Under the pieces are notes generated by a model. That model did no database searches, was not told the origin of the DNA, and was given only the letters and a program-made list of their open reading frames with translations. From the NCBI GenBank assembly GCA_049317525.1, contig JBMOIC010000011.1, positions 1,643 to 65,642 of the forward strand: a stretch of 64,000 bases of DNA, in the 5' to 3' direction. Below are positions 58,201 through 64,000 of the stretch, piece after piece; the first letter of the stretch is position 1; every line of letters starts with the position of its first letter. Origin of the DNA: Bacteroidota bacterium. Its GTDB lineage: Bacteria; Bacteroidota; Ignavibacteria; Kapaibacteriales; UBA961. The position numbers were made by a program, and so were the translations under genes.

Positions 58201-59943
58201 TAAAAGCCCTGGACCAGTCCTTAAAATTTCAACATCATTTGCAGGATTTTCATCGCCTTGTCCATTTGGTAATATGCTTGTTACTTGTATATTGGTTAAT
58301 GTGGCTGCAGGAAAAGAAATATTTCCAAGTATTACAGTTAGAGATTGACCAGGCATAATCATCGTATTAATATTTTTAACTGGCATAGCAGTACCATTAA
58401 TTCGCCAGTCAATTTTTATACTATCAATCCTGAATTTACCAAAATTCTTTACAATTGCTTTAACTGATTGAAAGCCTGCATTATAAGGTACTGTTGGCAT
58501 AATAATAGAAGTAATTCCAGCATCATTTCCACGGATATTTAAAATGTGGGCTGCCATTACATCAAAGCCTCCGCGGCCTGTTAATAATGTTTTAGAAAAA
58601 GATGCTTGATATGCAGTTGCCCCGCCAATAAAACCACCTTTATCAAAATTATTTGCTATTGAATGTACATATTCATCAGATGAAGAGCCAGCCTTTTGCA
58701 CCCATTTAACTTTTGACAAACTATCCATTAAAAACACTGCAATATCTCTTTCACCTTGAGAAGAAATACTGAATGTATCGATAATTGCGGTATTTCTGAT
58801 ATTTGCAGCAACAATGGTATTTCCATCGAAATCCGATGAAATTCCTGTGCATTCGTCATTTTCTGCAGAACCAAAGCTCTTGGCATAAATAATATCACCA
58901 AATTCATTGTATTTAGCCACAAAACCATCAGTTGCGCCATATGCTGTTGTAGTAATTGTATCTGCAGACACTGCGCCAGATACAGTACCATTAAACATTA
59001 TATATCTATTTGTATCATTTGTAATTTCATCTGAAAAGTCATTATCACTGCTACCAATTTTTTTCAACCATTGTTCTTGTAAATTTTCTAGAGCATATTT
59101 CACTAAAAATATATCACTTCCTCCATAAGAGGTAGTAGCAAAATTCCCAAAAGTAGCAGTTCCATTAAATGTACCAACCATATATAAGCCAGTTGTATCA
59201 GTAATGAGACCAGTAGAATGATCATTCTGTGCTCCACCAGATTTCCTTGCTGTAACTTCAACACCTTCTTTATTGATTTTAAGAACAAACATATCGGTTC
59301 CACCATAAGCCGTTAGTTTGTTTAGATTTCCAAATTTTATAGAATCAGAGTAAATTCCTGTTAGATACACATTTCCATCTCGGTCGCAAGTAACGGATGT
59401 TCCCTGTTCATTTCCTTGTCCACCATAATTACGAGCCCACACTAAATCCCCTAATGCAGTATATTTAGCAAGAAATATATCTTTGCCGCCATTACTAGTG
59501 ATTTTAGCAGAATTTAAGGCTGCAATATTTTCAAAATATCCGGTTACATACACATTGCCATCGGGGTCAGCAAACATCGAATTCACTTTATCATTGCCAG
59601 TGCCTCCAATTTTTAAAGCCCACACAATGTCACCGAAACCCGTATATCGCATGATTAAGCCATCTTCTTGTCCATTGCAGTTTAAAATATAGGGTCCAAA
59701 TTGTGCTATACCTGTATATACACCACCTGCAAAAATGGTATTACCATTATAACGATGAACTGTTACGCATTCATCAAATGTACGGCCCCCACTATTCTTA
59801 GCCCAATCCCAACCTGCTTCTTGAGATAAAGCATGTGAAAACCCAGTTAAGATTAGCAAGACAAAACATATTGCCTTAACGCGATGAAAAAATGTAGATA
59901 AAAACATATCACTAACTCTATATTTGAATAAAAAAATCAACAT
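55240..59943 (-). CDS. giant secreted multi-domain protein: SBBP beta-propeller repeats, CARDB-like domain, right-handed beta-helix repeats, multiple Ig-like domains, T9SS C-terminal sorting domain
   Basis: 1567 aa. Signal peptide. About six N-terminal SBBP-type repeats (DGNVYVTGYF...GGKDIFLAKY...GDLVW). A central NosD-like parallel beta-helix run (NN.I...N.I.N). At least four Ig/I-set-like units each with a conserved YQW/YRW...C pattern. C-terminal ~85 aa Por CTD (...GMYQCSIYVQGITQSKLIILQK). Alternative start at 59907. Confidence 0.8.
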   Translation of the reverse strand: MLIFLFKYRVSDMFLSTFFHRVKAICFVLLILTGFSHALSQEAGWDWAKNSGGRTFDECVTVHRYNGNTIFAGGVYTGIAQFGPYILNCNGQEDGLIMRYTGFGDIVWALKIGGTGNDKVNSMFADPDGNVYVTGYFENIAALNSAKITSNGGKDIFLAKYTALGDLVWARNYGGQGNEQGTSVTCDRDGNVYLTGIYSDSIKFGNLNKLTAYGGTDMFVLKINKEGVEVTARKSGGAQNDHSTGLITDTTGLYMVGTFNGTATFGNFATTSYGGSDIFLVKYALENLQEQWLKKIGSSDNDFSDEITNDTNRYIMFNGTVSGAVSADTITTTAYGATDGFVAKYNEFGDIIYAKSFGSAENDECTGISSDFDGNTIVAANIRNTAIIDTFSISSQGERDIAVFLMDSLSKVKWVQKAGSSSDEYVHSIANNFDKGGFIGGATAYQASFSKTLLTGRGGFDVMAAHILNIRGNDAGITSIIMPTVPYNAGFQSVKAIVKNFGKFRIDSIKIDWRINGTAMPVKNINTMIMPGQSLTVILGNISFPAATLTNIQVTSILPNGQGDENPANDVEILRTGPGLLKGTYTVGGSSPQFNTLAIACSYISNWGILDSVTFSVRSGSYVAQISMGEIPGASPSKPIVITKDSKAITPPSVSFESLYPENNYVMNLNGTDGIRFNSIDFTSLGAEYGNVFVLNKHTKRISIENSSIEVSSALTSKNIYSSEDNKADSLSIQNCKIKGGGYAVYMPYDTSAIASNTLSIINNNISSVKATAIHIANTIAPVIHNNIINANNENINGINILKSSGSGKITNNYISQIKAGTGIWTASIIGDTANPYLFANNLVKAGIPSTSATGMYVKNAINTRIYHNTLHSQSSIPGKAALETMGGNKLDIQNNIFYNSGGGYAVLYAYDTISGRPQMISDYNNLYSSGTTLAALTDGVNDFFPPDLPFWKAAPISLDSHSVSKLVAFKSDLMKLELTDELLYGNSAIRTVVPKDIDIQNRTRSYMGADEIIPIITIVQQPQRVSTCLGNNAVFKVNATITNGANLTYQWTKNNVSIKDSTRSELSLKNIKILDEGFYRCVLSGNSGADTIQTNICQLIVATKTIILNEPQTQFVQQGGTAILEVGAEAGGIPPSNQVLYRWFKDTTEFIINSGNISGANSPRLTIKNISPADTGIRYRVIVEGACGIDTSEIVGIFMPGVLFSSQPKDTSVCLGEPVQVSAKVFPTIAGLQLAYQWKKNNITLVDNKIITGARTPILSIKNLTPADTSSEYVLEVTVFESKARFFSDIIKILLNKPTAVLVGPKSKNACPNKPHTLFCTAEGAKLQYQWQRNDTNILGAVDSAYTITKMDPRYDGRYRVVVTGVCGTSASETAIIKSLPALEILVQPLSLFTTNFGKTIILSLNAAGATPFTFEWFHNGVKDPLNEDKIFSRSNSTIADTGLYWCRVSNACDTIYSDTIRVKLFPTSIDEHNDKSATGTLSFNTIIPNPTEQEASANFSIAQSGIVKISISDMMGRIVLLPFNSFVEAGYHSIPLNFNSLPNGMYQCSIYVQGITQSKLIILQK

Positions 59944-60112
59944 GAAACTTATAACTATTAAAACAACAAAGTTTATAGAAGTGTTAACACAAACATTGTT
60001 GTTTTTATTAGCAATAAGTATTGATTACAAGGATTATGCCAAGTTTACGGCAATAGAGGTAATGTGATAGATAAATCAGAATATTATATCAATATATTCT
60101 ATCAAATATGAA

Positions 60113-60841
60113 TCAAAATGTAAAGATTAATCTTAAAATCTCTGGCCATTTAGTTAAAAGAATAACCCTATATCCTAAATATGTTCCTACTCCCACCATT
60201 GTTAACCCCGCAAACTTTTGAATTCGATATGTAAATTCTGCAGAAAATCTAGCTTTAAAATGCATCAATACTCTTAGTAATAAATACATCCACGCAAAAT
60301 TACCTATACCAAAACCCAATGAAAATCCTATAGTACCCAATGAAGATATTTCAATCAATCGGCTATGCTGAACATATAAACATGTATAAGTAAGTGAGGG
60401 CAAAAATGTTGGATTGGCAATATTGGTTAATGCTATTGCAATGCCAAACAAAAATGGCCCACCATGTTGTAGTTTCTCTGATAAACGTTGATAATACGAC
60501 AATTTAACTGTAGATATACTATGAGAATTAGCTATAGGTTTAGGAGATTTAAACTGTATTAATCCATACATTATCATCCCAAAAACACAAATACCTTGAA
60601 ATGATAACATTGCAAATGGATAAGAAGAAAAAAATGAATCTACACTAGAAAATATTGCAGTTGTGAAACCCATAGCAATAATACAGTATATAAAATCCAT
60701 AAAAGAAGCACCAATACCCATCATAATTCCGCTTCTTTTATCATCCCTTAATGCTAAGCGTATTACAGAAACGCCTACCGGCCCTGGTGCAATCGCAAGA
60801 ACAAATCCAATCAAACATCCTATTAATACTGAAATTATCAT
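60113..60841 (-). CDS. LysE/RhtB-family amino-acid exporter
   Basis: 242 aa, 6 TM. N-terminal LAIAPGPV motif typical of the LysE superfamily. Confidence 0.6.
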   Translation of the reverse strand: MIISVLIGCLIGFVLAIAPGPVGVSVIRLALRDDKRSGIMMGIGASFMDFIYCIIAMGFTTAIFSSVDSFFSSYPFAMLSFQGICVFGMIMYGLIQFKSPKPIANSHSISTVKLSYYQRLSEKLQHGGPFLFGIAIALTNIANPTFLPSLTYTCLYVQHSRLIEISSLGTIGFSLGFGIGNFAWMYLLLRVLMHFKARFSAEFTYRIQKFAGLTMVGVGTYLGYRVILLTKWPEILRLIFTF

Positions 60842-61264
60842 AGGGGCTTGGCTAATAATGAGTATAAGTTATGATAAGATTGCATTATATCTAAAATAAT
60901 GAATGATACAGAGTTACATTGTGTAAAATTGTACACACAAGGATACAAATGTACAAAAAACACACTTTATCACAAAGTAGAGACATATAATTGAAAACAT
61001 ATTAAAATTATATTTTCTTTTGCATTGTATAATTGCGTTTGCTATTTTGCGTTCAAGTTTTTAACACTTAATAACTATAATATAAGCGCCTATACACTCT
61101 TTATACTTGTCTTTATAAGGTTATGTACAAAAGTTCCTTTTGCAATTTTTAACCACTTATAAAAAATATGTTTAAATAACTGGCACATCATTTGTCTTAG
61201 GTAATAAAACAAATGACACTCCCCAGATTTTTTAAATGCCCAAGGGCTCAATTTTGGCAAGTAT

Positions 61265-64000
61265 ATGGCATTTTCAATTGTAAAAAATTTGATGACAAAT
61301 TTCCAATTATCATTGGTTTTAGGGCTTATTTTTGCAATGTCAGGGAATAATATTGCAAAGGCTGATATATTTTTACCTAAGGGTTGCTCGATAGTAACAT
61401 CCACTAAAGAGATACTAATCTTAAAATTTCAACCTGAATTAAAGGGCTTCGATACTCTTCGCTTAACAAATGGAAATCTTACAATTCTCCCTAGAATAAA
61501 TGGTGCTTTTGCTGTGGCAAAGCAATCAGGTGGTCCATTACAACTTCAATATTCAATTCCTATTACAGTTCCCAATGCACAAGCATTTCAATTGTATGCA
61601 TCTAAAGCGCAATCTGTGTCTAGAATTAAAGGAATGATTACTCCAAAACCATATATGCAATTAGATGGTGATAATCCAGCAATCCCTATATATGAGATAG
61701 ATGAGCACCTTTACCAAGAACAGAATCATAGTGCTTGGTCTTCTTTAGAGTATCAGGGAATTGCAAGGAATAGACATCTTGCGCAATTATCGGTGATTAT
61801 AGCAAAATATGACAATCAATCTGGCACAATTGATATACCTAAAAATATTATTGTTGAGATTAGATTTACTCCGAATGGACCTTCAATATCAACAGTAAAA
61901 GATGAATATGATCCAGAGATATCTATAAATCATCATGAAACAAAAGATTGGATTCTAGCTTCTTCGACTGCATTTTCTAAAAATATAGCAAAAGTTCAAG
62001 AAACTGTAAAGTCTAAATGGTTAAAAATGATTGTTTCTTCTCAAGGAATATATAAAGTTGATGCTGCTAGCCTTTCGTCTGCAGGTTTATCAATAAAACC
62101 AGAAGAAATACCAACCATTAAAGTATATGGAAATGGGGCAAAGTTATTGTCAGAAAATGTTGATTCGGCATTATCTAATACAATGAATGAACAAAAGATT
62201 ATCGTTAAAACAAAGGCTAATGGGGAATTAGATGCTATATATTTTTATGGAGAAGGCCCATCTGGTTTTACATTTAAAAATGGTGATTATAGACATTTTA
62301 CTCATCCATTTTCAAAAGAAAATGTATACTTGATTACTGCAGGCGGCTCCATTGGTTTGCGCGCAGAAGCTTTACCAAGTTTAAAAGATGATCAAGTTAT
62401 TAGTAAGCCAACTCAATTTAATAGTAGAATATTTACTGAAGATGAATTATATAATGCCCTTGCAGCCCCATCTGGAAGAACGTGGTATGGTAAATCTGTA
62501 GAAAGCACTGTTCCACTTAACTATTCTACGATACTACATGGATTATCAAGAAGTGGTGAAATTACATATCGGTATTGTGTATCACATAAATCTACTAAAA
62601 CTGGTTATTTCTCTATAAGCGAGAATAATAAAGTTTTTGATTCTATCTATGTATTAGGTACAAATCCTTATGATAGTTATTATAATTATGTAGAATCTAT
62701 AAGTTCTTGCGAACAGAGTTTTACAATTCCAGCTAATACTATTTCGAATGATAATAGAAGTATTCTTAAGTTTTCTTATAGAAATCCATCTGCAGGTGCT
62801 ACAAGTTCAGGATTTGTTGATTGGTTCGAAATTCTTTATCCACGAGAATTTACAGCCACTTCTAATCAATTAGAAATATTTTCTGATTCTACAATAAATG
62901 GTGGAATTGAATATTCAATAAATCAATTCTCAGGAAATGAGATTTTTGGATTTGATATTACAGATGATAAAAACCCAGAATTATTACAAAATATCTCTGT
63001 AACAGGTGGCTTATATATTTTTCGAGCTATGCAAAAAAATAATCAAGCTAAAAGATATTTTGTAGCTTCCGAATTTAAAAATCCAAAGCTGATTGTAACT
63101 GATTTTGCCAATTTAAGACAGAATATAAGTGGCGCTTCAATGCTTCTTATAACTCATGCAGATTTAATGGAATCAGCCGAGAAGTATAAAAAGTTTAAAG
63201 AAAGTACTAGCAAAATATCAGTAAAAATTGCGACTACAGAGCAAATCTATAATGAGTTTTCTAGTGGTATAACAGATATTACCGCTATTAGAGATTATGT
63301 ATCGTATGCTTTAAATTATTGGACTAATAAGCCTCAATATTTATTGCTTTGGGGCGATGGACATTATGATTATAGGGGCATTCAATTAGCAGCCACTAAC
63401 TATGTACCTACCTACCAAACCGATCAAGAATGTGGATCATTTAATGCAACCATAACATCTTGTATCGATGATTATTTTGCCAGAACGATTGGTAATGATG
63501 CCAAAGTTGATATTTCTGCTGGAAGAATTCCGGTTCTGTCGCCTGTTAATGGTTTAGAACTTGTAGATAAATTGCAACATTATGAAGAAAACTCAGATCC
63601 AGGACAATGGCAAACTACCGTATGTTTAGTTGCTGATGATGGCCCAGTTGGTGTTGGATCTGATGGAACTCAACATACTCAACAATCAGAAAATTTAGCT
63701 TCAACTGTAATTCCTAGCGATATGCAGTTAAAAAAAATATATTTAGCTGAATATCCTGTAGAAAATGTACCAAATGGAAGGCGCAAACCAGCAGTTACGC
63801 AACAACTTTTAACTGATATTAATACTACAGGTGCTGTATTGTTAAATTGGATAGGACATGGAAGTCCTAGACTATGGGCGCATGAAAGAGTTTTTGAAAA
63901 AGAAACAACTATACCTCAAATGATAAATAAAGATAGGCTTTTCTATCTTACAGCTGCAACTTGTGATTTTGCAAGATTCGATGATGCAGAAAGAGAATCC
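61265..64000 (+). CDS. porU: T9SS C-terminal signal peptidase/sortase PorU-like (peptidase C25 family), 3'-truncated by window end
   Basis: Open frame from ATG 61265 (alternative ATG at 61292) to the window end, >910 aa, not listed in the ORF track because it has no stop. Signal peptide MTNFQLSLVLGLIFAMSGNNIAKA. Gingipain-like His/Cys dyad context (LLNWIGHGSPRLWAHE ... YLTAATCDFARFDD, ~35 aa apart). Long N-terminal region as in PorU. Confidence 0.65.
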   Translation, partial: MAFSIVKNLMTNFQLSLVLGLIFAMSGNNIAKADIFLPKGCSIVTSTKEILILKFQPELKGFDTLRLTNGNLTILPRINGAFAVAKQSGGPLQLQYSIPITVPNAQAFQLYASKAQSVSRIKGMITPKPYMQLDGDNPAIPIYEIDEHLYQEQNHSAWSSLEYQGIARNRHLAQLSVIIAKYDNQSGTIDIPKNIIVEIRFTPNGPSISTVKDEYDPEISINHHETKDWILASSTAFSKNIAKVQETVKSKWLKMIVSSQGIYKVDAASLSSAGLSIKPEEIPTIKVYGNGAKLLSENVDSALSNTMNEQKIIVKTKANGELDAIYFYGEGPSGFTFKNGDYRHFTHPFSKENVYLITAGGSIGLRAEALPSLKDDQVISKPTQFNSRIFTEDELYNALAAPSGRTWYGKSVESTVPLNYSTILHGLSRSGEITYRYCVSHKSTKTGYFSISENNKVFDSIYVLGTNPYDSYYNYVESISSCEQSFTIPANTISNDNRSILKFSYRNPSAGATSSGFVDWFEILYPREFTATSNQLEIFSDSTINGGIEYSINQFSGNEIFGFDITDDKNPELLQNISVTGGLYIFRAMQKNNQAKRYFVASEFKNPKLIVTDFANLRQNISGASMLLITHADLMESAEKYKKFKESTSKISVKIATTEQIYNEFSSGITDITAIRDYVSYALNYWTNKPQYLLLWGDGHYDYRGIQLAATNYVPTYQTDQECGSFNATITSCIDDYFARTIGNDAKVDISAGRIPVLSPVNGLELVDKLQHYEENSDPGQWQTTVCLVADDGPVGVGSDGTQHTQQSENLASTVIPSDMQLKKIYLAEYPVENVPNGRRKPAVTQQLLTDINTTGAVLLNWIGHGSPRLWAHERVFEKETTIPQMINKDRLFYLTAATCDFARFDDAERES

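Noticed and set aside
61090-61404. 104-aa minus-strand ORF from the six-frame track
   Set aside because: It overlaps the start of the much longer, well-supported PorU-like + frame, lies in an AT-rich intergenic region and has no recognisable features; likely spurious.
1-64000. Scanned for CRISPR arrays, tRNA/rRNA genes, IS/transposase or integrase genes and long direct repeats
   Set aside because: No regularly spaced repeats, no cloverleaf-like GC-rich 75-nt segments near tuf or elsewhere, and no transposase- or integrase-like ORFs were seen. The window looks like core chromosome.

Overview
AT-rich window, most likely from a Bacteroidota/Chlorobi/Ignavibacteria-type genome (FCB group); the sequence reads as core genome rather than an accessory island. 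I could not identify a clearly novel multi-gene system. Layout: (i) 1-1.7 kb: 3' end of a gene with a T9SS-like C-terminal tail, a strong bidirectional terminator and a CrtI phytoene desaturase on the minus strand; (ii) 1.9-12.4 kb: a surface-polysaccharide locus (rmlB, UDP-GlcNAc 2-epimerase plus nucleotide-sugar dehydrogenase, Wza-like exporter, Wzi-like protein, two GT2 enzymes, WbaP-type priming phosphotransferase); (iii) 12.4-16 kb: a lipoprotein, an HX4D acyltransferase-like protein, a small FN3-like secreted protein and a secreted HExxH metallopeptidase with a T9SS C-terminal domain; (iv) 16.2-37.2 kb: one contiguous str-S10-spc-alpha ribosomal super-operon (EF-G paralog, rpsL, rpsG, fusA, tuf, rpsJ ... 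rplQ; 34 genes); (v) 37-42.7 kb: pdxA, kynureninase, murC, SUI1/YciH, purF; (vi) 42.9-45.3 kb: a compact sulfur cluster (half-size TauE/SafE exporter, persulfide dioxygenase-rhodanese fusion, DUF2892-like membrane protein, thioredoxin) behind a perfect 9-4-9 palindrome; (vii) M1 aminopeptidase, lipoprotein, ribD, yicC, gmk, rsmB, gmd, a relocated rpsD, bcp; (viii) a 1567-aa multi-domain T9SS cargo protein, a LysE-family transporter and the 5' part of a PorU-like C25 sortase running off the window end. The most interesting observations: two EF-G genes flank rpsL-rpsG, and the upstream one carries mitochondrial-EFG1/spdEFG1-type G-domain signatures plus intact domain-IV tip loops, while the syntenic 'fusA' has degenerate tip loops; rpsD is missing from the alpha operon, replaced by a 127-nt spacer with a perfect hairpin, and sits 18 kb away with its own leader; L17 has an acidic C-terminal extension; murC lies outside any dcw context. 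No CRISPR arrays, tRNAs, rRNAs or recognisable mobile elements were seen.
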